From Octopus vulgaris (Eukaryota), in the NCBI GenBank assembly GCA_951406725.2, contig OX597828.1, forward strand, positions 49,352,001 to 49,416,000: DNA of 64,000 nucleotides, written 5' to 3'. Positions 50,670 to 63,049 of the stretch are shown piece by piece. The notes under the pieces were generated by a model. That model did no database searches. It worked only from the letters and a program-made list of their open reading frames with translations, and was not told the origin of the DNA. The position numbers were made by a program, and so were the translations under genes. Position 1 is the first letter of the stretch, and every line of letters begins with the position of its first letter.

Positions 50670-51547
50670 ATCAAATCCATCATCCTCGTCACCATTTAAA
50701 GTCCATTTTCCATGTTGGCATGGGCTGGACAGTTTGACAAGAGCTGACCAGCTGATGAGCTGCCCGGATTCCATTTCTGTTTTGGCATGGTTTCTGTGGC
50801 TGGATGCCCTTCCTAATGCCAACCACTTTACAGGGTGTACTGGGAGCTTTTACGCAGCACCAGCATAGTTGCTTTTATGTGGCGCAGACATGGGTGCTTT
50901 TTATTATGACACCAGCACCCACAAGCCCACAAAATTAGGATCACTCAGCTGTAGAGGGAGTAGGGGACATGCCTGTATGTAAAGACAACCACAATTTTAC
51001 TTGGTTTCACATGGCTTCTCAAGCACAGCAAACTGCCACAAGTCTCGGTCCTTTGTCATCCCCTTTTTGAGGCCCAACATCTTAAGATCTTTTCTCACCA
51101 CTTCGTCCCATATTTTCTGGAGTCTATTCCTTCCACACGTTCCCTCCACAATTAGAGACTGGAACTTTTTGATGCAGCAGTCCTAAGGGGTAGAAAGGGC
51201 TCCTTAGCCGTAGTGAAGGCAATCTATCTAGGGAGATAACCTTACAATAAATCACTCGGTCCGTAGCTTAGAAATACTGGGTTGACGTCCAGTGGGAACA
51301 GCTTTGTTTCATGGAGGAGGAAAGATCTTCTTTAGTACTTGGTTGTACAATGCTTTCCAATGTGTGTAGTAGTGGCATGTGCACACATTATAAGCCATTT
51401 GAAAAGACTATGGAATTTAGTCTCGACCACAGTCGAACAGTGATGATGATGTGAGTCCTCATCCATACGCATTACATGACCAAAGCAATGTAGTCTTCTC
51501 TCCTGGACACTACATTTGATGCTATGTATACCCAGCTTGTGTGACAT
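50670..51547 (-). pseudogene. RTE LINE 3' fragment (ORF end plus 3' UTR equal to family C tail), interrupted by a 269-bp insertion
   Basis: LGIHSIKCSVQERRLHCFGHVMRMDED|CCIKKFQSLIVEGTCGRNRLQKIWDEVVRKDLKMLGL...KDRDLWQFAVLEK* then ggttggcattaggaagggcatcc tail. Confidence 0.8.
51185..51453 (+). mobile_element. Short retroposon with (TGA)n tail and 6-bp TSD
   Basis: agtcct at 51179-51184 and 51454-51459; ends tcgaccacagtcgaacagtgatgatgatg. Confidence 0.6.
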
Positions 51548-51669
51548 AATATACTCAGTCGTTACCCATTACATAAGAATAACAACCAAAATACATGGAA
51601 CGAAAGACAAACAAAAGATTAAAGGCAAGAAACATGAAAAGACCTCAGGTGGAGGTGACAAAATGGTGG

Positions 51670-51899
51670 TTAACCCTTTAGCATTTAAACCGGCCATATC
51701 CGGCCAAAAGTATTCTTGCTTGTTTTATGTTCAAACTGGCCATATCTGGTCTCTTACACCAACCCTACAATATCATCTTAAAAACTAACAGCCTCCTCAT
51801 CAAAATCTCATAGCTCCAAGATAATGCCTGATTAGTCCAAAACAATGTGGATAAAAAAGCATTAATTTTGGCAGAATAATGTGAACACTAAAGGGTTAA
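51670..51899 (+). mobile_element. piggyBac-type MITE family 1
   Basis: TTAA-CCCTTTAG...CTAAAGGG-TTAA. Confidence 0.9.
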
Positions 51900-52119
51900 A
51901 GAAAAAGAAAAATCAAGGCTGATGGAATAGAATGGCATGGATCAATTGAGGCCACAAGTTGTTGGGCATTTAACATATAAGATGATGTCCGATTTAGACT
52001 GGAACTGGTTCTCCATACAGCAAATAATGCCCAAAACAAGTTAACTTGGTGAAACACTTGTTTGAAACAACAAAGTAGATTCTTGAACTTCTCAGTATGT
52101 GTGGCAGTTCAGAACCAAT

Positions 52120-52192
<73 letters not shown>

Positions 52193-52536
52193 ATTTATGA
52201 CAACAAGAAGTGAAAATATTTACAAACTTAAAAAAAAAAAGAAGCAGAAAGTGGTTTTAAGACTCTAGAATAAAAGTTCATGATCACTTTTACGACATCT
52301 GTATTGAAACAGATGATGATAATAATAATAATGATGATAATAATAATAATAATGATGATAATAATAAACAATAACAACAAAGGCTAAAAAAAAGAAGCTT
52401 GTGTGACAAGTCTCCAGTGTTTCATTTTCGAGCCTTGTTCTCTTTGTCATAGGCATGTGTTAACATTAGTGTAGGAGAAGATATATATATACATGTACTC
52501 AAACACACACACATGCTAACGTTAGTGTACAAGAAG

Positions 52537-52572
<36 letters not shown>

Positions 52573-52886
52573 TCAGAGGGAACAAAAGATTTTAAAAAAT
52601 AAAGCACTTGCACTATTAATAGATGCTATTTTAAATCTGACAACATAATTAGCTATCTAATGGCTGTTAGTATATTACTAAGAGCACTTGAGATACTATG
52701 TATAACTCTATGTAACATTGTTTGTAGCAAAACCACTATATTCAAGTAGCTGATGCCACTTGAGTAACACACTCTCTCGCACACACACACACACACACAC
52801 CCACACACCACTCAAATAATATATATTTGAGTATGGGTTTGTAGTATGATATAAAAAAAACAATTAGTAAATGGATAAGTAATTAC

Positions 52887-53975
52887 CTTTTCGACTTTTA
52901 TCTTCTTCATAGGTAGTCCAAATCCATCCTCAACTTTGGCATTAAATTCATACGGATCTGGTGTAGGATTTTCCTTTTTAAGATGGGGCACATCTCCCCC
53001 TCGTGGTTCCAACACTGGATTATAAATGGTAGATGTATCCAACCCATTGCTGATAACAGCAGCTGATGACGACGGGTTATTGTTTCCATTGGAAACGCAA
53101 CAGTCAGCACCGGAAGACGGAGCAGGACAGGAAGTAGATGATGACGACGAACAAGGTGTTGACGAAGAAGATGACGACGACAACGACGATGATGAAGGTG
53201 GTGGTGGTGGTGGTGGCGGTGGACAAGAAATGGATGATGCTGACGACAATGATGATGATGATGCTGTAGATGTGGAATTAGTTGTAGCCGAACTAGAACT
53301 AGTTGATGACGATGATGATGACGATGTCGATGATGACAATGATGATGATGATGATGTAGATGATGTGCCTGAAGCACTGGACTTGGTCTTGTCTTTCATC
53401 TTCTCCTTCTTGTGGGACCCTTTCATTTTGGGTGACTTCTCCTGTTTACTACTGTTATTGTTATTGTTGTTGCTGTTGCTGTTGTTGCTGTCACCAGCAG
53501 GAGACGGCTTCATCTTGTCGGCGAGCAGCAGAACACCATTGGTGCCGCCACCACTGCCCACCACCACGCTGCTACAAGAGGCACTACAAGCCGGCCCCGA
53601 CGCTGCCCCGCTAGTAGTAGCGGCAACAGCATTGCCGCCACCACCGCTGCCGCCGCCGCCCCCTCCGGAGCCGCCCGGCACGCCAGCGTCACCAACCGAC
53701 GAGGTGGGACCCACGGAGGACGACCCTCCCGTCGTACCACCGCCTCCGCCAGACGAAGTCGCGCCGCCTCCGCCGCCACCTCCACCACCACCACCACTAC
53801 TGCCACTGCCACCACCTCCGCCGCCAGGGGTCGATGCTACACACTTTCCAGAATCTGGTTTTACAATTTCATGTTTCGGTTCAGCCTTGTTATTTGCTCC
53901 ACTCACGTTTTTCCTCTTTATCTTCATCTTTAGCCCTTTATCTACAGTTGCTTGGTGCTCGATATTGCTATTCAT
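52887..53975 (-). CDS. ZNF608: First coding exon (363 codons) of a ZNF608/ZNF609 / scribbler (brakeless)-like transcriptional co-repressor; downstream exons not found in the window
   Basis: N-terminal HQATVDKGLKMKIKRK...KHEIVK block recognised from scribbler/brakeless-family proteins; basic KSPKMKGSHKKEK and C-terminal DPYEFNAKVEDGFGLPMKKIKVEK islands separated by poly-G/S/N/P. ATG in AAAATG context with in-frame TAA at 53991-53993. Phase-0 donor AAG|GTAATT at 52887/52886. Only strongly GC/CpG-rich stretch in the window. Family assignment is from motif memory, not a search. Confidence 0.8.
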
Positions 53976-55229
53976 TTTAGCCCAGGGCCTTTACAGCACA
54001 AACTCTCTACCTGAACGATGTCTGGCTGGGCAGTCACTTTAGGACTTTTGAAATTCCTTTTTTCTTTTTTTTCTTTTTTAATTTTATATTTTTTATAGAC
54101 TTATTTATTTACTACAGCACTGGGCAAACCGCACCCAGCAAACTGCTCTTCACACATTCACACACACTCACACAAATGTATGTAACAAACATACAGACAT
54201 ATATATACACATATATATATATCTATGTATAGTATTTCTTTTGCACGTGTGTGTGTGTATATACACGTACATGCATACATACACACCCACACGCACACAC
54301 TCACATGCACACACTCACTCACTCACACACTCACACCACACGCACGCACAATACAAGGCTGATAGAATACTTTCCTTTTGCAACACACCCCAATCACACA
54401 CATCCACACATACCTCTAGATATACATATACACTCTAACATGTATATATGTACACACACACATATATATATTTATATATATATATATATATATCTATATA
54501 TCTATTCTATATCAAGTGAGTAAATATATATTCGTCGTATACATCCGGATTAGGAGTAGTGTCGGATTCTTCTCCGTTTGTTCGGTAATCCTTTGGTTGG
54601 CGTGAGTAAAAAAGTATAGTAAATAATCCTTGATTGTGTGAAAAATACTTCTGACTGTCATGTGTATGTGTGTATAATAGATATACATATATAATATATA
54701 AATATATATAGATATACGTGCGTCTAAATATATACAGTATATATATACAATATATATATGTACATATATAATATATATTATATATATATCATATATATGT
54801 ATATACACACATAACAATGAAGGAAGCTGGTAGGTGATCGTTCACAGAATGAGAGAAGGGTGTCGGAAATGATCTAGCTGTATTGAGAATGGCAGTACTG
54901 TTGCCGCAACTATTTTTGCTGCTATTACTGAGTAAGCAGGCTGTATAAGATCCATGGTTAACTAACTGGTTAATTCACTTAACCTTGGCTAGCCACATAA
55001 CATATATAACAATATATAATATAATATATTTATATATATTTACAAGGCCTTTTTAAGTTCAGGCCACTGGTGAAAGAAACTGTAATATTATAAGAATTTT
55101 TTTTCAGTCTCTCTCTCTTGTGGGTGTGTGAGTTTCTTCTCTCTTCTATGTATTATCACCGTCTTTTCTCTCACGTTAGATCCAGTAGCCTGAGTCTCTC
55201 TTTCTCTTCTTGTCTCAGTTTGTGAGGAT
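53976..55229 (-). other. Putative 5' UTR portion of the same exon
   Basis: Strong minus-strand acceptor ttttctcttttttccatttttttcacAG|atcctc with AG at 55231-55230. No SINE/MITE between it and the ATG. Upstream in-frame stop shows it is non-coding in the CDS frame. Confidence 0.5.
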
Positions 55230-55550
55230 CTGTGAAAAAAATGGAAAAAAGAGAAAACAGAAAGATAGAATTAAATCTCTTTCAGGGTTAACATGGGGAA
55301 AACTTTTTAAAAAAAATATACCTCCTTTGAATAAGATAATATAACATCCAACCCATTTTCATTTATTATTTATTTATTAATTTATTTATTTATTTATTTA
55401 GAGAGTGGTAAGGGATGAGAGCCACAACTTCCCAATAAACATGACAGATCTTCAGATGCTGAGAGAAGAAATGCTAGAGAGAGACAGAAGATAGGAAATG
55501 GTAAAGCACTGGGACAGAATTACAGTCACTTTTCACACATGGATTTTAAT

Positions 55551-55587
<37 letters not shown>

Positions 55588-56322
55588 CTAACTGCACTCT
55601 CATAATCACACATACAGCAGTATATGTTAATTACAATAGCTAATTTAACTTTCTCTCTCTCTCTCTCACACACACACACATTTGCAAACCCTGTTGCACA
55701 CTTCTTCCTTTCTATCCTTCTCTCTCTCTCTCCTTCCATCTAGTTATGTACCCTCCCCTTCTCTCTCATCTATATACCTCTCTTTCTATCTATCTATTCC
55801 CTCTCTATCTCTGTTATCTACACACTCTTTCCATATCTCTGCCCCATTCTCCCTGCCTATTACCTATAAGCTTTCTCTCCTTCCCTCTATCTACTCCTTC
55901 TCTCTTATCTACATGTCCCCTTCTACACCCTCCTATCTCTATCTCTCCCTCACTTTCTCTCTCTCATGTTTTCTACATTCTCTCTTCTCCTTCAGAAAAT
56001 ATTCTCACTATACATGTACAACAAAATAATCTAACAGTCATATCTGTACACACACACACACACACACTGCCAGTCACGTATACAACACAGAACCAATGGA
56101 GATATTTGGATGTTGCTTATATAAAACTTTGCTACCTATCCCACCCACAATACACACATTACACTCATAGATATGCACAGCATCCTATATATACACAGAA
56201 TGTATGCATATATCTATGTAAAAATGTATGCCTGTATGTGAGAGTATGAGGGTGTGTAGCTACATGTATGCATGTTCATCTACATGTGTAAATGTGACAA
56301 TATGTGCGTATATACGTTTATG

Positions 56323-56368
<46 letters not shown>

Positions 56369-57730
56369 GTATTATACATACATATACACAGATCACACAC
56401 TCTTATCAGCCCAGTGTATATATACATGTACACAGATACACACACACATATATATACAGATACATACACACACACACTCTTATCAGCTGTGTGTATTCCA
56501 AGACATTGGTAGCTGTGTGTATTCCAAGACATTGGTAGGTGTGATGTTGTGGTGTTTATGCCTTTACACTCAAACCATGACATCACTGAATCATTTATTC
56601 ATTAACGAGTAAATTAACCATGGCCTTTCATTCTACCCCTTTTTATCATTTAACATCAACAGCCTTTGAACTGTCCATCCATAGACCAACTACCTACACA
56701 CCTATTTACCCCTCTGTTCATCCATGTCCCTAGCTATCTACCTGTCCATCTATCTAGCTTTCAAATCTACCCATCCAATCTACCCACATACCTCTCTATT
56801 CATCTATCTATATATTTATCTCCCCATCAACATATCTCTATCTATCTACCTACCTATAAACCAGTTTATCTAGCTATCCAGTTAGTTATTTATCTACCTA
56901 TTCATCCATCAACCATCATCATCATCTAAATCCATATCATTCTATCTTCCTGTATATCCATCTATCTCTCTGTCCATCTATCTATCAATCTCTCTACCAT
57001 ATATTTCTCCATCTCTCTTCCTATCTATCCATCTATCTACCTACCTATTGATCTACCTACCTTCATATCTAGCTAACTACCAACCAACGTATCTAGCTAT
57101 CTTAGTTAGCAAGCAACCTATCTACCTACCTACCTACCTACCTACCTACATATCCATTTATCTACCTACCTACCTATGGATCTATCAATCCACTTACCTA
57201 TGTACACCTACCTCCCTATTTACAATCATCAAACAAGAAAATGCTGAAACTGCAGAATCAGAAGACATTGAAGATAGGAAGGAAGGAAGGAAGAAAGGAA
57301 AGAAGAAAAGGAAGGAAACGAACAGATCCATGGGGCCAGATTTAACACCAACAGCAGCAATCTCTCATTATACAGACCCACCACCACCACCACCACCTCT
57401 GCTATCACCACCACCACTACTACTACCACTACTGTAATGTATGTATTACATTGCACTGACAAACCAACACAGTAACACAATCATGTGTCAGGTCCGTACA
57501 GAATAGAGGTGGGAGGAGGATATCTTACACACTCACACACAGAGCTTAGCCGAGTGTGTGTGTGTGTGCGCGTGCGAGTTCTTCACTCTCAGTATATATA
57601 CATGCCTGAGAGAGACACATCCTCCTCCCACAGACATTTTAGCTGTATGAGTGAGTGAGTAAGAGAGAGGGGGAGGGGCAAGAATACACAGCTACAGTCC
57701 GTGTGTGTGTGTGTGTGTGTAGTGGAGAGG

Positions 57731-57773
<43 letters not shown>

Positions 57774-58150
57774 CTCTACTGTGTGTGCAAAAGAAGTGGG
57801 GCGGAATCGGAAAGACATTTGAACTGATAGTATTCAAGTATTATAATTATATGGGATAAGTGTCTACATACACCCATATCCAAATATACACTATACATAC
57901 ATACACATACACAGCACACACTCACACACAAACAGTAAACACACATACACTAACACAGAAAAGCACTACAAAATTATTTAGTCATAAAGAAGGTGTAAGC
58001 ACACATTATGTGTCTATGTGTGTGTGTATAAAAACATATAGACATATATATATTCATATATACATATGCATATATACACACACACACCTTTGTATGTATA
58101 TATACATACATGTCTGTATATATGCACACACATATATATGTATATATATG

Positions 58151-58183
<33 letters not shown>

Positions 58184-59288
58184 GTCTGAATATATGTACA
58201 TATGCAAATACACATAGCTTTGTGTGTGTGTGTGTGTGTCTATATGCCTGCATATATATATATGATGATGATTGTGTGTGTGTGTGTGTCTTTGTTAGTG
58301 TATGTCTGTGTGTAAATGTATATATATATATATATACATTTACACACACAGAGACATACACCAACAAAGACACACACACACAATCATCACCATCATCATC
58401 ACCATCACCATCTGTTCCTATTTCAAAAAATCAGGGACAACCAGAGTTTCAAGTAAAAGAGAAAATCCATGAAGTGGAATGGGCCTATATTAATTAATTA
58501 ATTAACGAATTAATTAAACAACACAAGACTGGTCCTGTTTCCTTCACTTCCAGAATCTGTCTGAGAGATAAAAGTCTGAAGCGGAGGGAAACAGGTCTAA
58601 CCTTGTAATATAAAACTCATTTACACACACACACACACAACTAGATACATACAGAGTGAATAAATGCACACACACACACACATATATATATATATACACA
58701 CACACACATATATGTATATATACACATATATATATTTTAATGTGTGTGTGTGTGTATCAATAGCAAGAGATAAGAAGGAAAGTACAGCTTGATAAATGTC
58801 TGACTGATGCTGAACCACTTACAACAGCCATACCTAGCTCTATTATCATCATCATCATCATTATCATCATCATCACTAGCATAGCCATCACTGACATCAT
58901 CATTACCATTATATTATGTTATGTTCCTCACATGCTCTTCACTTCTCTGTCATTCCTCCCACTACAGATTCATCTCTCTATCTTTCTCTATCTTTCTCTT
59001 ATTACGTGCACACGTTTTTCATAGTGTGTGTGTGTGTGTGTGTGTGGTGTAGAAAGAGAGATGATATCAAAATAGACTGATAGTTTAAACGGCTGGTGTA
59101 AAGGAAAGGTGGTGGAGAAGGAGCGTAGCAATGATATCAAGTGAAGATGTTGAAGTGTTGTGTATGCAGAATAATTTACAGGACAGGATTTCTAACCTGA
59201 GGGGGAGAGAGAGAGAGAGAAAGAAAGAAGACAGGCAGAGGAAAGGGGCAGAGAGAAAGATGGGGAATGAGGAGAGGCAGATATGTAA

Positions 59289-59319
<31 letters not shown>

Positions 59320-60167
59320 GACAGTAAGAGAGAAAGAGTTAAAATGAGATGAGAGACAGATAGACAGAAAAATAGGGAGAGAGGAGAGACAAATAGACTG
59401 AGAGGTAGAGTGAATGGAGAGGGGGAAAACAGGGAGAGAGAGAGGAGAGAGAGAAGTAGAGAGAGAAAATGAAAGAGAGAGAGGAGAGAGACAGACAGGA
59501 GAATAGAGAGAGACAAACAGACTGAAAGATAGGGAGAGAGGAGAGACATATAGGCAGAGAGATCAAGCGAGAGAGAGGGAAAGATAGGGGTAGGAGAGAA
59601 GGGGAGAGAGGTAGGGAGGGAAGGAGTGACAGATAGGTAGAGAGGGGAGAGGTAGAGAGGGGGAGAGTAGAGAGAGAAACAGACAATAAGGGAGAAAGTG
59701 TGAAAGAGAGACATAAAGAGAGGAAAAGGCAAGAGAGCAAGAGTGAGGGTGAGAAAGCAAGGGTGAGGGTGAGAGGGAAGGAGTGAGAGAAAGAGAGACA
59801 AGGCCACATATTCCATGGGGTAGGTGAAGGAGAGGCCGTTAAATCCACCCAGTACTTAATTTCCTCTTCCCACATGCAAACAACCAGCACCAACACCGAC
59901 CCCACCGCCAGAACAATGAAATGCTACATTGACCTCAGTGAGGTTTGAACCCACGGTATAGTAATTGGTTGTAGAAAACTGAAAAGACATCCAATCCATT
60001 CTGTGTTTCTATGACGGAGTTTAAAACACTGACTCATATACATTGTAACAATATATACCGTACACTAATGACTACAATTATATAGAATATATAATTACTA
60101 TATACACACACACCAAACAGGCCGAATTCAATTGCTGAATTGGTGGAAGGGAGGACTAGATTGTTCT

Positions 60168-60610
60168 ATTCTTTTATTCTTTTACTTGTTTCTGTTGATG
60201 GACTCTTGGTCATGCTAGGGCACTACCTTGAAGAATCTTAGCTGAATGCACCAACCCCAGGACTTATTTTAAGCCTGATGCTCTCTTTTTGCCAAACTGC
60301 TAAGTGATGGGAGATGTAAACCAGCCAACACCGGTTGTCAAGCAGTGGTGGGGGAACAAACACATATGCACAGATATTTAGATACATACACATATACACT
60401 CACATTCACATACATACATATATACACACACACGTGTGTGCATGTGCGTGTGTACACAATGAGCTTCTTTCAGTTTCCATCTACCAAATCCATTCACAAG
60501 GTTTTGGTCAGCCAAGGGCTATAGCAGGAGACACTTGCCCGGGGTACCACTTAGCAGGACTGAAACCAGAACCATGTGGTTAGGAAGCAAACTTCTTATC
60601 ACACAGCCAT
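60168..60610 (-). mobile_element. SINE family A, diverged
   Basis: Colinear similarity to family. Confidence 0.75.
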
Positions 60611-61424
60611 GCTTTGCAGGGTTTACTTTTGTCACAGTACACAGCAAGTTCAAATCCCACCTACAGTGTGTTTGTATATTCATTTTGCTACTTTAAGCAT
60701 GTCTCTCGGAGAGGGGTCACTCTGATACAAAACCAGAAAAGCAAGGAATGGCTCTGAACATTTTGAGGAGTTTTTTGACTGTGCTTCAGATCATGGCAGC
60801 CCCAAGTTCCTATGTGTGCGACCCATATTGGCACTGGATAATCTTGCCCTGGGTTGTCTCTGGAACATATCAGCAAGGTGGAAAGGGTTTGTGCAAGCCT
60901 TATTGGATGTGAAATTTTCAAGTTGAGCAATCACCAATGAGGCAACTCTCTGATGCCTGGTCGAGTAGGAGGGCACTACAGCAAGCATGAAAACAATAGG
61001 TGAGAACTCGGGTGAAGTTGACAGGTGAAATAACCTCATGCACTGACATTTGGCATGAATTGATCAGTGGATATTCAGTCACTAGTAGACACTAATCATC
61101 ATCGTGTGTGTGTGTGTGCGTGTAATATATATATATTTATTACACACACACACACACACACACACAGTGTGTGTATGTAATTCTTTTTTGCGTTGGTGCC
61201 ATTTTCTTTGTTGCAAAACAATTACCATCATGCTCTTTTACTCGTTTCGGTCACTTGACTGCGGCCATGCTGGAGCACCGCCCCCAGTCGAGCAAATCGA
61301 TTCCAGGACTTATTCTTTGTAAGCCTAGTACTTATTCTATTGGTCTCTTTTGCCGAACCGCTAAGTTACGGGTACGTAAACACACCAGCATCAAGCGATG
61401 TTGAGGGGACAAATACAGACACAA

Positions 61425-61477
<53 letters not shown>

Positions 61478-61481
<4 letters not shown>

Positions 61482-61682
61482 ATCCAAACAAGAAAGCACA
61501 AAAAAACACAACAACGCGAGGACGTGGAACAAATATAGTATTATTGGACGCTCATGAAAGAAGGAGGGTTTAACGTCTTGAGCGGAGCTCTTCGTCGGAA
61601 ACATAGGAGAAGGAAAGATCCAGAGAAGGGAAGACAGAGGAAAAAAATCGCCAACAGTACACATGAGGTCACATTTTGAAAA
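61478..61682 (-). mobile_element. 205-bp hammerhead-bearing mini-element inserted in the (TA)n tract of a SINE
   Basis: Bounded by TA runs on both sides inside SINE A copy 61233-61862; 3' tail resembles that of 15163-15357. Confidence 0.7.
61568..61602 (-). ncRNA. Degenerate minimal hammerhead-like motif
   Basis: Minus strand gttt-CCGACGA-a-gagc tcc gctc-aaga-CG-TT-aaac: same geometry as 15230-15265, with GAAA mutated to AAGA. Confidence 0.5.
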
Positions 61683-61866
61683 ATATATATATACATATAT
61701 ATGAAGGGTTTCTTTCGGTTTCCATCTACCAAATCCACTCACAAGGCTTTGGTCAGCCCGAGGCGATTGTAGAAGACACTTGCCCAAGGTGCCACGCAGT
61801 GGCTCTGAACCTGGAACCATGTGGTTGGTAAGCAAGCTACTTACCACACAGCCACTCCTGCACTTA

Positions 61867-62356
61867 GGGTGGTAAGCTAGCAGAATCATTAATATGCCAA
61901 ACGAAATGAAAATGGCAAGCTGGCAGAATTGTTAGCACATCAAGCAAAATGCTTGTCAGCATTTCATCCATCTTTACATTCTGAGTTCAAATTCTGCTGA
62001 GGTCGATTTTGCCTTTCATCCTTTTGAGGTCAACAAATTAAGTAAGTACCAGTGAAACACTGGGGTTAAATGTAATTGACTAGTTCCTTCCCACAAAATT
62101 TCAGGCCTTGTGCCTTTAGTAGAAAGGATTATTATAACTATTATTGCAGTGAGCTGGCAGAATTGTTATCACACCAAGTGAAACGCTTAGAGGCATTTCA
62201 TCTGCCCTTACGTTCCGAGTTCAAATTCCACTGAGGTCAGCTTTACCTTTCATCTTTACAGGGTCGATGAAATAAGTACCAGTTACACAATGGGGTCGAT
62301 GTAATTGACTTGTCCCCTCTCCCACAATTTCAGGGTTGTGCCTACAGTAGAAAGGA

Positions 62357-62389
<33 letters not shown>

Positions 62390-62600
62390 GTGTAGTGGAT
62401 TGATATTATTAGATCATTGGATGCAGTATTTGTTCAGACTCTTTAGGGTGTGAGTTCAAACGCAACCAAAGTCAGCTTTAATTTTCATTGTTTTTAAATC
62501 TGATAAACTAAAATATAAGCTCACTGCTGGAGTTGATATAATTAATTAACACTCATTAACTTTCTGACCTCGTGGCTCTGTTAGATACAATTATAAACCC
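61867..62600 (+). mobile_element. Tandem array of SINE family B copies
   Basis: Repeated agctggcagaattgttagc...ttctgagttcaaattc...agtaccag units. Confidence 0.8.
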
Positions 62601-63049
62601 CATCTTGGTAAGGTGCTGTTAAAAAAGAAGCAACTAGAAATTTCATCATTGTTTTCACATCCACTTTTCCATGCCTGCATGGGTCAGACGGAATTTGTGG
62701 CAGCAGATTTTCTTCGACTGGATGCCTTTTCTGTCACTAACCTTCCTCATGGCTAGACATGTTTTCCACTGAAAACTGTATATGAACAGCATAACGTGTG
62801 AGACCGTGACACATGTTTACAGTTATCATATCATGTCAAGACAAAGGTACACACAAACACATACACACAATAGACTTCTTTCAGTTTCCATCTATGAAAT
62901 CCACCCAAAAAGTAACGGTCAGCCCAAAGGGTACAACAAAAGATACCCACCCAAGGTAACACACAATGAAACTGAACCGGAGATCATATAGCTAGGAAGC
63001 AAGCTTCTTAATCACACAGTTACACCTGTGCTTATATTAAATACTGCTA

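Larger units (their letters stand above)
61233..61862 (-). mobile_element. SINE family A interrupted by a hammerhead mini-element
   Basis: Both halves match family A either side of 61478-61682. Confidence 0.85.

Noticed and set aside
51978-52015. aagatgatgtccgatttagactggaactggttc as a decayed hammerhead
   Set aside because: Too many core mismatches and no stem I.
52812-52886. C-terminal VITYPF...QIYII part of the 387-aa ORF
   Set aside because: Read-through into intron after the AAG|GTAATT donor; composition switches to AT-rich.
53026-54042. 338-aa plus-strand ORF (poly-D/P/L) and other overlapping ORFs
   Set aside because: Antisense or alternate-frame shadow of the GC-rich low-complexity ZNF608-like exon; no independent motif.
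362-56609. Recurrent TAACGAG/CTCGTTA heptamer (362, 571, 2720, 22693, 25368, 43089, 56603)
   Set aside because: Seven copies is close to a rough base-composition expectation for 64 kb on both strands; enrichment cannot be shown without a CpG-aware background model.
59085-59905. 243-aa and 188-aa Leu/Ser-rich ORFs (also 29520-30089, 5294-5867, 40772-41125)
   Set aside because: GA/TC-rich low-complexity DNA; no splice or homology support.
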